A stretch of 63,966 bases of DNA, filler included, from Acidimicrobiia bacterium (GCA_046759765.1; 5 parts of 5 records of this genome joined end to end with filler, not necessarily neighbours in it), one strand, 5' to 3'; counted from the whole stretch's first letter, positions 28,722 through 40,374 are shown. Notes: generated by a model not told the origin, from the sequence alone. Numbers and translations are program-made.

Positions 28722-31318
28722 TGGACGAACTCGCCATCCTCTTGAAGACAATCGAGCGGGTGGCCAGTCCATCCGGTCCTACTCCGGGACGCTCCCGCCT
28801 GCTGGACGCGCTTGTTGATCTATTTGGCCGCCTCAGTGCGGAGCGGCCCGTCCTAATTGCACTCGACGACATCCACCTGGCCGACACGTCGTCGTGGGAA
28901 GCACTTCGGTATCTGGGCCGTCGGCTTTCGGGATCGCCAATCAGCGTACTGGCCGCGGCGCGACCGACGGAGATCCAACGCCACCCGGTCGCGGTGGAAG
29001 TTCTGATCGGCCTCAGTGAGGACGGCCAATTGAGCCGACTCGAGCTCGATCCGCTCACGCAGAGCGAAATCGCACAGCTCGCCTGCGATATCGTCTCCTC
29101 CGAGCCAGGGAAACGTTCACACATACCTGAGGCACTCGTGACCTGGTTGCACCAGCGGTCGCTTGGCCATCCGCTCTTCGTCGTCAGCCTGCTCCGAGCC
29201 CTGATCGAAGACCAAGCCGATCTCGCCGCACCTCAGCTCGACCGGATTCCCGAGACTTTGCGCGAGCGCGTGGATCTAGAGCTGGCAGGTCTACGCCACG
29301 AAGATCGAGAGATCCTCGAGATCCTGGCGGTGGTCGATCGGCGCATTGACCTTGCAGACCTAGCCCGAATCAGCGCAAAGCCGCCCGAGGAGCTGGCAGA
29401 GGGTCTGGAGAACCTCAGTCGGTTCCGGTTGATCTCCGAGCACGAAACGCGGGCTGACCTCCGGTACGAGGTGACGCATCCGATGATCCAGGAGACGATC
29501 TATGAAGGTATCGGTGGTGCCCGTCGCCTGTCCTTGCACCGGACAGTGGCACGGGCACTCGTCGAATCCGGAGAGCTCGGTACAGCCGCCGCCCACTTCG
29601 CACGCTCGGCGGGGCGTGATGACGAGGTGGTCGACACCCTCTGCCTAGCGATGCAGCAGGCGGAGGAGCGAGGCTTGTTCGAGGAAGCGCTTGGGATTCT
29701 GGCCGCGCTCCTGGACGTGCTGCCCTCGAGTGATGAGAGGTGGCTGCGCGTGTGGGAAGCCATGGACTGGCACGCCGAGTGGGTAATTGGTCATCTGGCC
29801 GAGGGCGACGTTGGGATTGCCATTGCGGCGATGGAGGAGATCAAGCCCCTCGTCGAGAGGTCCGGCAGTCTCCTGCCTCTGGGCACGGTCAACCTCCACT
29901 TAGCTGCTTTTCTCTCCATTGGGGCAGGACGGCTAGAAGAGGCGGAGGCGGTCTGCCGTCAAGCTATCGATCAGTTCGAAGCTGCCGGCGATGAAGAGCG
30001 GTCCCTGCTCGCTCGGAACGAACTGGCGTGGATCCAGGCGTGCTCTGGCGACCTCGAGCAAAGCCTGGCGCTTGCTACGGAGGTGGCAAGTGGAGCCGGC
30101 GCTTTTCCACGCGCCGCCGTGCACGCGGGAGGAACACGCGCTTACACACTGGCGCGCTTGGGGAGGTTTGCTGAGGCGGAAGAGTCGTTACGGGAAAGCA
30201 TCGGCCTGGCTCGAGAGCATGGCTACGCCTACCGGGTTGCTTGGGGCCTGAACCAGCTCGGATGGGTCTTTAGCCTTTCGGGTCGACTGACCGAGGCGAT
30301 CGCGTCGATCGAGGCCGCACTGGAGGAAGACGCATCCGCTCCAGACGCCGGCACGTATGAGTACATGGCTCACACGCACTGGCTGCGCGGAGATCTGGCG
30401 TCGGTCGCCACTTGGGTTCAGCACGCCGAGGTGAGGCGGCCGATGCATGGCAGCCGCCGCCGTGCCTGGGCTCTGGCCGTCGCCGCCCGCGCCTATGCGG
30501 AAACCGGCCATCACGACCGGGCACGGCGCAGAGTGGATCGTGCCCGGGCCACGTACGAAGGCCGCCAGATCCTCGAGTGGGCCTGCTGGTGCGACTGGAC
30601 CGACGGGATCTTGGCGTGGCTCAACGGGGAGCACAGCCGGGCGTTGGAAGCGCTCTACCGAGCGGCCGATTGGCTAGGAAGCATGGGAGCCAACGCCTAC
30701 GAACCCTTGGTTTTCGTTGACGCCGCCGAAGTAGCAGCTGACGCGGAGGACGCCGCTAGTGCGGCTAATGCCGCCAGCAGACTCAGCGGAATCGCCGGGA
30801 CGCTCGAGAGCGACTTTCACACCTCCTTGGCCGCATTGGGTGGAGCGTGGAGTGAGTTGAAACGCGACCCGCAGGCCGCCGCCGGGTCCGCGCACCAGGC
30901 GGCTGACTATTTCTTCAGGGCTGGGTACGGGCTGTATCAAGGCACCGCGCTCGAGGTGGAGGGTCGTGCACTCGAAGACCACGACCGCGAACGAGCGATC
31001 GAAGCGCTGCACGCCGCGGCGGCGGTCTTTGATGAGTGCGGGTCCGTATGGCGACGAGATCGGGTCCTTGCGCGGCTGGATAGCCTCGGTAGCCGGGGCC
31101 GTCGGGCCGCGGCCGCCGTACTAGGACCAGCAGCTCTTACGGAGCGCGAACGCGAGGTCGCCGTTCTTGCGACCCAGGGGTACACGGCTCAAGAAACCGG
31201 CGAGCAGCTGTTCATCAGCAGGCGCACGGTGGAGGCCCACCTGGCAAGCGTCTACGCCAAGCTCGGCGTGGCGAACAAACGGGAGCTCGTTCGCCGCGCC
31301 AACGAATGGGACCTGTAA
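28722..31318 (+). CDS. AAA-ATPase/TPR/LuxR-HTH regulator (LAL type), 5' truncated
   Basis: Walker B-like LDDIHLAD, GHPLF, HPMIQE, C-terminal LTEREREVA..G...LFISRRTVEAHLASVYAKLG. Confidence 0.9.
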
Positions 31319-31353
31319 CAGCTAGGCCGGTTCTAACCAACGAGTCGAGCTCA

Positions 31354-31830
31354 CTAAGACCCGGGTGGCGGTCCGAGAACCTCCATGCCGTGCCTGGTCG
31401 CTGCCTCGACGAGGCTGTCGAGGTCCGGAGGCCCGGGCGGCGGCGGCGGAATTGTCGCCGACAGCGCCGGCTCGCCGATCTCCTCGAAGAACGGCATCAA
31501 CCGCGCCGGTAGCACGGCCATCAGGAACTTCGCTGTAGGTGAGTCAACCCGAAAAGCGTGCTTCTCTTTAGCCGGCACATACGCGAACGAGCCTGCCGTA
31601 GCCTTGAACTCCTCCTCCCCGATGATCATGTAAACCTGGCCTTCCAGGATGTAGAAGGCCTCCGCTTCGTTCACATGCGCGTGGACGGGCGACGCGTAGC
31701 CTTCGGGCCCTGTGTGCTCAAGCAGCTCAAACAGCCCCTCTGTGTCCCTGCCGACCGCCTTGCCGTTGACTAGAGCGCCGAGGGCCCAGACCAGCTCCCC
31801 CTCCTCCGGTTGCCGCACGAATCCCGTCAT
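31354..31830 (-). CDS. Cupin-domain protein (quercetinase-like)
   Basis: PVHAHVNEAEAFYILEG and H-A-F motifs. RBS GGAGGGAG. Confidence 0.85.
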   Translation of the reverse strand: MTGFVRQPEEGELVWALGALVNGKAVGRDTEGLFELLEHTGPEGYASPVHAHVNEAEAFYILEGQVYMIIGEEEFKATAGSFAYVPAKEKHAFRVDSPTAKFLMAVLPARLMPFFEEIGEPALSATIPPPPPGPPDLDSLVEAATRHGMEVLGPPPGS

Positions 31831-31920
31831 ATCTCCCTCCGATCGGGACACTCCGACGGTACCTGTCAGGTAAGGGTCTGGACCACCGTGACAGTTACGT
31901 AATCCGTTACGCGGCGACCT

Positions 31921-32304
31921 CTAGGCGACTATCGCCTTCTGCGCCTGCCGATCCTCGACTATTAGCAGGGCAATCAGGACCACTTCGATCGCCTTGCTGA
32001 TATAGGCCTCAGTGATGCGTTGGCCGATAAAAACCCACCCGATCACTATCCCAGCGGTAAAAAGAATGAGGAGCCATCGGATTGGGCGGCGGTACCTCTG
32101 AAGCAGACGTATCGGAAGATAAAGAGCCAAAAGGAGTCCGACGTAGCCGGCGGCGGTGAGGAGGAAGCTGTTGATCCCGAACAGATCGAAGGGAGCGAAG
32201 TCAGTGACTCTTACGTGGATATAGGCCGTCGCCACCGTCAGAACAACGATGGCGATCTGGAGGATCCCAAATCTGCTGGTTACTGGCGCTGACGGTTTCT
32301 CCAC
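31921..32304 (-). CDS. Small hypothetical membrane protein
   Basis: Four hydrophobic segments, TAYIH and KAIE motifs. Directly downstream of the cyclase gene. Confidence 0.6.
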   Translation of the reverse strand: MEKPSAPVTSRFGILQIAIVVLTVATAYIHVRVTDFAPFDLFGINSFLLTAAGYVGLLLALYLPIRLLQRYRRPIRWLLILFTAGIVIGWVFIGQRITEAYISKAIEVVLIALLIVEDRQAQKAIVA

Positions 32305-32313
32305 GTCGGCAGG

Positions 32314-34938
32314 CTACGCGCCGGTGGCGCCGTTTGGCTCGCCGAGCGCATAGGCGATCGCTTCTTCAACCGACATCGAACGGCCCTCTTCGCGCGCTTT
32401 GTCAAAGGTCTTCTCGTTCATGTGGCGCCGCGCGTCCTCTATATCGCCGAACACCTTGCCTTCGATCTCCGCCATCTTTCCGACCATCTCTCGGGCTGTT
32501 TTAGCTCCTTCGTATAGCTTCACCGCCCGTTCATAGTCGCCACGCTCCACCGCCACCCCCGCATAGCCCCAGAGAGCAATCGATACGCCGTGGAGATTGC
32601 CGACCTCCTGCGAGGACTCGAGGCCTCGTCGATATCGCGCCTCGGCGGCCTCCAGGTTTCCTTCCAACCGGTCCACGTGCCCGAGCACCCTGCTTACGAA
32701 GAGCAACCAGATCTGATCTGACTCCTCGAACCCGCCCCGCGCCTCCTCGGCCATGCGCCGCGCTGCCGCCAGATCACCTTCCGTCATCTCGATAAGGCCC
32801 AGTCTCAGGGTGATTTGGGCAGTTTTGGTCTTGTTCCCAACCTCGAGGCTCAGGGCGCGACCTTCTATGAGGACCTGCCGGGCACTGGCAAGGTCATCTA
32901 TTACGAGAAACTGGATGCCGAGTTCACTGAGCGAGTCAGCCAGGCCTGGTCGATCGTCGATTTCTCGAAAGATCTCGGCGGCCTCGCGGATCAGCGTCAG
33001 AGAGTCGATCCGCTCGTCCCACGCGAACGTATTGAGATCGGCCAGGCAGGTCAGTGCCCTGGCCCGAACGGCCGACGGTTCTTCGGCACCGGGAAGCGCC
33101 AACAGACGCTCGAGCCACCCAATGCCTTCCCGAAAGTGGTTCTTCACGAGCCAGTAGCCACGTAATTCCGTTGCCAGGCGCAGGCCGAGAGTCGCCTCGC
33201 CGATTTCCAGCGTCCAATCGAACGACGCACGAAAATTCGGGCTCTCCTCATCCAGCCTCACGATCGTTGCCCGATCAGGCTGCGGTTCCCAATCGAAGGA
33301 CGCCAGCAAGTCCAGCCAGTGTTCGGTCACGCGACGCCGGGGGTGGCCATCGTCGGCTTCGTCGAGGCGCTCTAGGGCGAACTCGCGGATCGTCTCCAGC
33401 ATCCCGTACCGAGGCTCGGTCCGATCAGACTCGGTCTGCCTGACGAGGCTCTTGTCGACCAGCGACGTCAGCACACCGAGCGAGTCGTCTAGCGCAGCGT
33501 CCTGCGCCAAAACGTCGATCGCTTCGAAATCGCCCCCACCAGGCAGCGCTCCGATACGCGAGAAAAGGGCTTGCTCGTCGCGGTTGAGCAGCTCGTAGCT
33601 CCACGCGATGGCCCCGCGCAAGGTTCGCTGGCGCTCCGGCAAATCCTGAAGAGGCGAAACCAAAAGCGGGAGCGCCTGTTCGAGACGCTCCTGGATAGCT
33701 TGCGGGCTCAAGAGCTTGACCCGGCTGGCCGCCAGCTCGATGGCCAGGGGCAGCCCGTCCAAGCGGACACAGATGTTCGCGACTGCCCCGGCGTTCTCGT
33801 CCGACAGCTCGAAGTCTTCTTTGGTCGACCGGGCTCTCTCGATGAAGAGAGCGATCGCCTCGTAGGTGGATAGCTCTTCCAGATCGAGCCGATCCTCATC
33901 CGGTAGCTCAAGCGGAGCGACCGCAAATTCCTGCTCTCCAGATACATGCAGCGGGATCCGACTCGTCACGAGTGCCTTGACGTTCTGAGTTTCCCTGAGG
34001 AGTTGGCCGACTACGGGTGCCGCCTCGACAACTTGCTCGAAGTTGTCCAAGACCAGTAACAGCTCGAGCTGTGCCAGGTGCTCGGCCATCAACGACAGCA
34101 ACTCGCGGTCGGGTTGCTGCTTGACACCGAGCGTATCCGCGGTTACCTGTGCAACCAGCTCGGGGTCGCTCACCGCCGAAAGGTCCACAAAGAAGGCGCC
34201 GTCCCTGAAGTCGACGAGAACGCTGCCCGCCACCTCCAGCGCCAGCCGAGTCTTTCCGGTACCCCCCGGCCCGGTCAGCGTGACCAGCCTCTGTTGAGCC
34301 ACGACCTCTGAGATGCGTGCGATGTCGTCGGTCCTGCCCACGAAGCTCGACAGCTGAGCGGGCAGGTTATTGGGTCGAGCATCCAAGGTCCGAGGCGGCG
34401 GGAAATCCTGGTCAAGGCCCTCAACCACCAGCTGGTACAGGTGCGCACTGCCCTCGATGTCTTTCAGCCGATGCGGGCCCAGGTCGCGGAGATCGACACC
34501 CGTCTCCAGGGCGCCTTTCGCGAGGGCCGCCGTCGCTTCCGAAAGAAGCACTTGCCCCCCGTGCGCCGCCGCCGAGATCCGCGCCGCCCGGTTGACATCG
34601 AGGCCCAGATAGTTGTCTCCACCAAGAATCGCTTCCCCGGTATGTAGGCCCATCCGAACGCGGACCTCCGCTCCGGCTGGCCAATCCCCCGCGTCGAGCG
34701 CTTTTTGAGCCTCCGCCACAGCCCGTGCCGCTCCCGCCGCAGTGCGAAAGACCGCGAAGAAGGAGTCGCCCTCTGTGGAGATTTCCGTCCCCCCACCAGA
34801 CGAAATAGCCGCTCTCAGAATGGCGGCATGAGTTTCCTGCAGATCGTGGTAGCTCTCCCCCAGCTCCTGCAGAAGCCGGGTGGACCCCTCGATATCTGTG
34901 AACAGAAACGTGACAGTGCCCGTCGGCAGGTCGGCCAT
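32314..34938 (-). CDS. Class III nucleotide cyclase + NB-ARC-like ATPase + TPR protein
   Basis: FTDIEGST, GDSFF, RMGLHTG, VNRAAR; P-loop GPGGTGKT; LDNFE; LDGLPLAIELAA. Confidence 0.92.
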   Translation of the reverse strand: MADLPTGTVTFLFTDIEGSTRLLQELGESYHDLQETHAAILRAAISSGGGTEISTEGDSFFAVFRTAAGAARAVAEAQKALDAGDWPAGAEVRVRMGLHTGEAILGGDNYLGLDVNRAARISAAAHGGQVLLSEATAALAKGALETGVDLRDLGPHRLKDIEGSAHLYQLVVEGLDQDFPPPRTLDARPNNLPAQLSSFVGRTDDIARISEVVAQQRLVTLTGPGGTGKTRLALEVAGSVLVDFRDGAFFVDLSAVSDPELVAQVTADTLGVKQQPDRELLSLMAEHLAQLELLLVLDNFEQVVEAAPVVGQLLRETQNVKALVTSRIPLHVSGEQEFAVAPLELPDEDRLDLEELSTYEAIALFIERARSTKEDFELSDENAGAVANICVRLDGLPLAIELAASRVKLLSPQAIQERLEQALPLLVSPLQDLPERQRTLRGAIAWSYELLNRDEQALFSRIGALPGGGDFEAIDVLAQDAALDDSLGVLTSLVDKSLVRQTESDRTEPRYGMLETIREFALERLDEADDGHPRRRVTEHWLDLLASFDWEPQPDRATIVRLDEESPNFRASFDWTLEIGEATLGLRLATELRGYWLVKNHFREGIGWLERLLALPGAEEPSAVRARALTCLADLNTFAWDERIDSLTLIREAAEIFREIDDRPGLADSLSELGIQFLVIDDLASARQVLIEGRALSLEVGNKTKTAQITLRLGLIEMTEGDLAAARRMAEEARGGFEESDQIWLLFVSRVLGHVDRLEGNLEAAEARYRRGLESSQEVGNLHGVSIALWGYAGVAVERGDYERAVKLYEGAKTAREMVGKMAEIEGKVFGDIEDARRHMNEKTFDKAREEGRSMSVEEAIAYALGEPNGATGA

Positions 34939-35001
34939 CAGATCTCAAAGCGTACGCCACGTGATTCGCCCGGCTGAGCGACAGGCGGTCATACTGGCGC
35001 G

Positions 35002-35982
35002 GTGGTCACGGAGCGCCCCTCCCACCGTCTCACACTGGACGCCATTGCGGAGGCCGCGCGCAGCATTGACCCAGTTTTCCTGCACTCGCCTCAATACCAA
35101 TGCGAGCCGCTTTCGGAGCTGCTCGGCTGTCGCCTTACCCTCAAAGTTGAGACCGCCAACCCGATCCGCAGTTTTAAGGGGCGCGGGGCCGACTACTTCC
35201 TGTCCCAAGTGAATGCACGTGGCGACACCAGGCACCTTGTCTGCGCCAGCACCGGCAACTTCGGTCAGGCCATGGCTTATTCGTGCCGCCGTCACGACCG
35301 GCCGCTGACCGTTTTCGTGAACGAGGACGCCAACCCTGTGAAAGCCGCGCGGCTGCTCGAGCTAGGTGCCGATGTTCGTCTCGCCGGGCACGACTTCGAC
35401 GCGGCCAAGAGCGAGGGCAGGAATCACAGCGCGAACATCGGGGCCTGGTTTGTGGAGGATGGGCGTGAGCCTGAGATCAGTGAGGGTGCCGGATCGATCG
35501 GGGTCGAGCTGTTGGCTCGGGGTGATCTCTTTGACTCGGCCCTGATCCCAGTCGGCAACGGAGCTTTGATCGCTGGTATCGCCCGCTGGTTGAAGGAGGC
35601 GACTCCCTCCACCGAGGTGGTCGGCGTCTGCAGTGCCGGCGCTGACGCGATGGAGAAGTCGTGGCGAGAGGGTCGCATCGTCGAGAGGCCGAGAGTCGAC
35701 ACCATCGCAGATGGAATTGCGGTCCGAGTGCCGATTCCCGAGGCGGTGGACGACATGACAGGTGTTGTGGACGAGGTGCTCCTCGTTGACGACGAGCCGA
35801 TCATTGAGGCAATGCGTCTTCTCTGGGAGCACGCCGGCCTCCTGTCCGAGCCAGCAGGTGCCGTCGGGGTGGCGGCGATCGCGGCGGAGCCGGAGAGGTT
35901 TCGAGACCAAAGGGTCGCCACTGTCGTGACCGGGAGCAACCTCACGCAAGAAGAAATCGAACGCTGGTTGAGACCTGCCTAA
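35002..35982 (+). CDS. PLP-dependent threonine/serine dehydratase family
   Basis: SFKGRG, ASTGNFG, PVGNGAL, TIADG, EPAGA. Confidence 0.9.
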   Translation: MVTERPSHRLTLDAIAEAARSIDPVFLHSPQYQCEPLSELLGCRLTLKVETANPIRSFKGRGADYFLSQVNARGDTRHLVCASTGNFGQAMAYSCRRHDRPLTVFVNEDANPVKAARLLELGADVRLAGHDFDAAKSEGRNHSANIGAWFVEDGREPEISEGAGSIGVELLARGDLFDSALIPVGNGALIAGIARWLKEATPSTEVVGVCSAGADAMEKSWREGRIVERPRVDTIADGIAVRVPIPEAVDDMTGVVDEVLLVDDEPIIEAMRLLWEHAGLLSEPAGAVGVAAIAAEPERFRDQRVATVVTGSNLTQEEIERWLRPA

Positions 35983-36084
35983 TCACGACCGCCGCGAGTT
36001 GGCGGCAATCGTCTGCGACACGTACGACCTCTAGCGCGGTGCGAGCCCCTGTTCGACCCAGGGGCCCGCTCGACCGGAAGGAGT

Positions 36085-38796
36085 TCAGCCGACCGCTACC
36101 AGCTCTCTTTCCTCGGGTACAGGAAGCGACGCTTCCGGCTCTCTCGTCACCAACAGCAGCACGCTGGGAAGCACGACGAGGGCGGCGACCAGGGAAAGGC
36201 CGATCATCGTCGCGGTGAGGATGCCGAAGGTTGCGAATATCGGCGTGGGCGCCAGCGCCATCACCGTGAAGCCGAGGACGGATGTCAGCGCGGAGAGCAC
36301 GAGGGCACCCCCCGTCCCTTGACCGGCTCGACGCAGTGCTTCTAGCCGGTTCGGCCTGTCCTGGATCTCTTCTCGAAAGCGCGCAGTGAAGTGGGTCGAG
36401 AAGTCGATCCCGACTCCAACCGCGATGGCGGCAATCGTTGCGGTGAGCACGTTGATCGTGAAGCCGGCGACGGTCATGAAGGCATACAGCCCGACAACCA
36501 CGAACCCGATCGGGATCACCGAGGCGACCGCATACCTGATCGACCGCAGCAGGACCGCGGCGACCATCAGCGTCAGCGCCACTGCCAACGGCAGAGCCAG
36601 CAACATCGAATTGCGGAAGGATTCGAGCAACTCGAACTCCGCAACGACGTCGCCCGTTACGCCGACCGTCTGGAGATGCGGCGCGGCTGACCGCAGCGTT
36701 GTGACAGCCGCCTCCATCGCTGCTTGCGCCGGGCGAATGACCGCACCGTCGCTGAACGAGCCGATCTGGACGACAAGTGCGGTCGCCTGGACATCGCCGT
36801 CATGCGCCAAGAAGCCAGCAACGTCGTCGGCGCTGTACGCCAGTCCACCGTCCGGGGTCGGCACTCCGTTCGCCACCAGGTAGTCGTAGATGGCGACGAC
36901 CTGATCTGTAGTGTCCGGGAGCCCGTTGGCGTCCTGATCGGTTATTTCCACATCCATCGCCCCGATTTCGGCGATCGCGGCCGATGACGCCAGAGTCATC
37001 CGAACCGCCTCTGTGGCGTATGGCTCAACGATCAGTTCGCCGTTCGGATAGCGACCGAACTCGGCTCTGCTCCCGTCCAGCTGCTCGACCACGCGATCGA
37101 GGCTGGCCAGCGTGGCCGGATCGGTGAGGTCTCCTTCGACGTAGATGAAGCTGCTGCCTTCCCCATTGGAGGGGAAGTGCGTCCGGAATCGGTCGATCGA
37201 CTGGACCACTCCGGTGTTGGTGGAGAGGAAGTCTTTCAACTCGAAGCCGGATTGGACCCGGAGGGCGAAGAACAATCCAATCGCACCGACCACCAGAACG
37301 GCCGGGACCGTGATGATGCGACGAGAGGCGAGGCGGTGAACAACGCTCCCTGCGGTCCTCAGTCCGTGAGCCGCACCGGCCACGCTGTCAGTAACTGAAC
37401 GTCCACGTGCCGCCGCCCGGCGATTGCGCCTACGCGTCAGGAGCAGCGGAAGGGTCACGAACAGAACCATTACTACGGCCACCGCTATGGCTCCGGTCTG
37501 TGGCTCGACTACGGCCAGCGTTACCGCAAGGCCGGCGACAATGGCGACGGGTAGGAGCGCCAGCCCATAGATGATCCTGCTCCGGCCCTTGACGGGGTTC
37601 GGTCCTACGGTCGCTTCGATTCCGACGAGTACACGGGGCGCCCCCAGACCCAGAATGAGATAAGCAAGGACCAGTGCTATGCCCGCGCCGATGCCGAACT
37701 GAACGATGGCCTCGGTCCCGGAGCTGGCGTTGGACAGAAACGCCACCACCGAGGACGTTGCCGCCAGCAGCATCGCTATGAACACCGCCGTCATACCTGT
37801 CGGATACGCGCGGTCCCGTGTCGCGCCGCCGTCGACCTGGACTTCTCTCACCCGCCCAGATCCGTGGATGAAGAAGTCCACTCCAAAGCTGATCATCGCA
37901 ATCGGCACGATGAAGGCCAGCAGCACCGATCCCATCTTCAGGCCGGCCAGAGCTGCTACCCCGTTGTAAGCGAGCATGGTCAGTCCCAGGCCGCTCATCA
38001 CCAGCACTGCAGACCAGTAGGAGCGGTGCACGGCAGATACCAAAAGCACTATGAGCGCGACCGCTAAGAAAATGAAGGGGGTCGAGGCCTGAAGCGCCTC
38101 TTCGAAAGTCTGATCCCAATCGATGGCCAGTCCGATCGAGCTGGTGTGTGCGGCTCCTTCACGAAGATCACTCTGAACCTCCCGCAACCAGAGTTCCGAG
38201 TCGATGTAGCTCTCGAAGGTGGCGGTGTCGTAGGTGATCTGGGTAAGGAAGGCCGGCGCAACCGGGTTACTCCCGGAGTAGGTCGCCAGCTCTGAGAGTG
38301 TGAACCGCATGCCGCTACTCGGGGAGGACGGATCCAAGACTTCGGTCAGAGCTGCTTTAACGTCTGCGTCGGTTGCCGTCTCGAGCCCGCTGGGAAGCTG
38401 TGCCTCAACGAGATCAACGACCGAGAGCACACCCGGAACCTCGGAGCCGAGGTCGGGATCGAACTGGGTCACCAGATGGGATGAGTGTTCCGGATGGCTG
38501 CGAATCCGATCCGTGGCCTTCGCCCACTCCCGAAAGGCGTCCGCAGTAAGGACATCTCCGCCATCGGCTGCCTCAACTATGAAAGCTGCCGAGGCGATCG
38601 TGGAATGGCTGTTGAGCGTCTCTTGGGCGCGGTCGCGGAGATCGAAGACTTCGCCAGCAGGTTCGAAGTCGGCGTCGTCGGTGTTCGCCACCATTGACGC
38701 AGTAACGCCCAGCGTCAAGGCGATAATCACAACGGCCGCCCCTACGGGACGGGCATGGCGATTGACCCATTCAAAGAATCGGTAGTTACCTCTCAT
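36085..38796 (-). CDS. MMPL/RND-family transporter
   Basis: 903 aa with two TM bundles and GVDFFIH / GIDFSTH motifs. Confidence 0.88.
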   Translation of the reverse strand: MRGNYRFFEWVNRHARPVGAAVVIIALTLGVTASMVANTDDADFEPAGEVFDLRDRAQETLNSHSTIASAAFIVEAADGGDVLTADAFREWAKATDRIRSHPEHSSHLVTQFDPDLGSEVPGVLSVVDLVEAQLPSGLETATDADVKAALTEVLDPSSPSSGMRFTLSELATYSGSNPVAPAFLTQITYDTATFESYIDSELWLREVQSDLREGAAHTSSIGLAIDWDQTFEEALQASTPFIFLAVALIVLLVSAVHRSYWSAVLVMSGLGLTMLAYNGVAALAGLKMGSVLLAFIVPIAMISFGVDFFIHGSGRVREVQVDGGATRDRAYPTGMTAVFIAMLLAATSSVVAFLSNASSGTEAIVQFGIGAGIALVLAYLILGLGAPRVLVGIEATVGPNPVKGRSRIIYGLALLPVAIVAGLAVTLAVVEPQTGAIAVAVVMVLFVTLPLLLTRRRNRRAAARGRSVTDSVAGAAHGLRTAGSVVHRLASRRIITVPAVLVVGAIGLFFALRVQSGFELKDFLSTNTGVVQSIDRFRTHFPSNGEGSSFIYVEGDLTDPATLASLDRVVEQLDGSRAEFGRYPNGELIVEPYATEAVRMTLASSAAIAEIGAMDVEITDQDANGLPDTTDQVVAIYDYLVANGVPTPDGGLAYSADDVAGFLAHDGDVQATALVVQIGSFSDGAVIRPAQAAMEAAVTTLRSAAPHLQTVGVTGDVVAEFELLESFRNSMLLALPLAVALTLMVAAVLLRSIRYAVASVIPIGFVVVGLYAFMTVAGFTINVLTATIAAIAVGVGIDFSTHFTARFREEIQDRPNRLEALRRAGQGTGGALVLSALTSVLGFTVMALAPTPIFATFGILTATMIGLSLVAALVVLPSVLLLVTREPEASLPVPEERELVAVG

Positions 38797-39017
38797 GAGG
38801 ATCGGTTTCCTTTCCGGGTTCGGAGGGTCCGGCCTGATGCCGCCACCCGTTTGTCTCTGGGCGATTGTGCGGAGACGCGCGGCCGGCGACTATTGGGTAT
38901 GTCCCGCCAATGACCCTGAGGGCCCAGGGAGAATCTCAGGGATCTCTCGACTGCACTCGTTGCTGGGAACCCCGAGCCACCCCTCGACCGTCGAATGACA
39001 GTGAGGGGAGATTCACG

Positions 39018-39524
39018 ATGAGACCGAGCACATGGATGAGCGCGCTGGTACTGCTGCTAGTGGTTTTGGCGGCCTGCTCGTCACAACCTCCGACGGGCGA
39101 CCTAACCCCCCTCGCGGCCTGCGCCGAGGACGCTCCAGACTGCGACGACACTGTGGTCGTCGGCGATGACGATCTCTTCGTTGAAGACGAACCCGACGAC
39201 GGCGTTCGGCCCGGCTCTTCGGGTGGCTTTCTCGTAGAGGGCGGACTGACAGTGTCTGAAGCCCTCGAGACTGACGCCACGGGAATCCTGGCGGTGCATG
39301 GTTTCTATTTCTCCACGAGCGAAGGTACGTGGCTGTGCGAATTGCTCGCCGAGTCGCTCCCGCCGTTGTGCGGCGGGGAACGCCTCGCTCTTGGTGACAC
39401 GACCGGGATCGATCTGGGGATCCTGACCACCGCGCAAGCTGTCACCTGGTCTGATCACCTAGTAGCAGTCTTCGGCGAGATATCCGACGGGACACTCCTA
39501 CCTAACGCCCAGGTCACCGGCTGA
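39018..39524 (+). CDS. Hypothetical lipoprotein
   Basis: Lipobox LAAC; LCELLAESLPPLCGG motif. Confidence 0.7.
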   Translation: MRPSTWMSALVLLLVVLAACSSQPPTGDLTPLAACAEDAPDCDDTVVVGDDDLFVEDEPDDGVRPGSSGGFLVEGGLTVSEALETDATGILAVHGFYFSTSEGTWLCELLAESLPPLCGGERLALGDTTGIDLGILTTAQAVTWSDHLVAVFGEISDGTLLPNAQVTG

Positions 39525-39642
39525 ATCCGGCTGCACCCACCGACGTTTTCATTCAACATCGAGGGACCGAGGAGGAGATCAAACGCTGGTTGACGGGACG
39601 CGACCTGGCCTGATCGTGCGCGTGGCTCTAGCTAGGAGCTCC

Positions 39643-40374
39643 TTATGAGGGACCGGCAATACGGGCCTGGCGAACAGCCTCGCTTGCATCACCGGACCAG
39701 GGTTCACCGTGGCCCGGCAGCAAGACGCTGGCGCTGATCGACGCCACTGCATCGAGGGACCGGAGAGCGAGATCGGAGTCCTGGTTCAATGCGGCCGGCA
39801 TTACTTGTGGCCCGTCACGGCCCGTAAGCGGGTTGTGGGTGACCAAAGCGTCACCGGTGCAAAGTGCTGACCGATCCTCGAACCACAGTCCGGCGCTGCC
39901 GTCGGTATGGCCGGGAAGGTGGATCGCTCGGGGACGGCCGGGAACATCGAGGGTTTCCCCGTCGGCAAACGTCGACACCTCGGCAACCGGCACGATCTTG
40001 ACCCCTCCCTGCCTCAGCAGGCCCAGACTGGTCCGCCAAGTCTCCCAACGAAGCAGATACCGGCCGAGGCGAGCCTCGTTGGCAGGTGCTTTGCCTCCGC
40101 GTAGCCGTTCCTGATCGGCATTGTGAATGAAGATCCGTGCCTCAGCCTCCGCTCGGGCGCGCTCGGCAAAGCCGACATGATCGGGATGAGCGTGGGTGAG
40201 CAGGACCGCCTCTACATCTCTGACCCGGTGTTCCAGAGCCCGAAGAGCCTCTACTAGCAGCGACCAATCAGAGGCTGTCCCGGCGTCGACCACCACGAAG
40301 GCGCCTCCCTGTTCCACGAGGTACCAGTTGGCGATCCCCAGTGTCTGTCGATAGAGCCCTCTCGCTACTTCCAT
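39643..40374 (-). CDS. MBL-fold metallo-hydrolase
   Basis: THAHPDHVG, PGHT, GD, PGHG. Confidence 0.92.
   Translation of the reverse strand: MEVARGLYRQTLGIANWYLVEQGGAFVVVDAGTASDWSLLVEALRALEHRVRDVEAVLLTHAHPDHVGFAERARAEAEARIFIHNADQERLRGGKAPANEARLGRYLLRWETWRTSLGLLRQGGVKIVPVAEVSTFADGETLDVPGRPRAIHLPGHTDGSAGLWFEDRSALCTGDALVTHNPLTGRDGPQVMPAALNQDSDLALRSLDAVASISASVLLPGHGEPWSGDASEAVRQARIAGPS

Noticed and set aside
31898..31911. CGTAA-N4-TTACG palindrome upstream of the cupin gene, and CGTAA-N5-TTACG at 41772-41786
   Set aside because: Could be operators, but they are short, differ in spacing and occur only twice. Not distinguishable from chance here.
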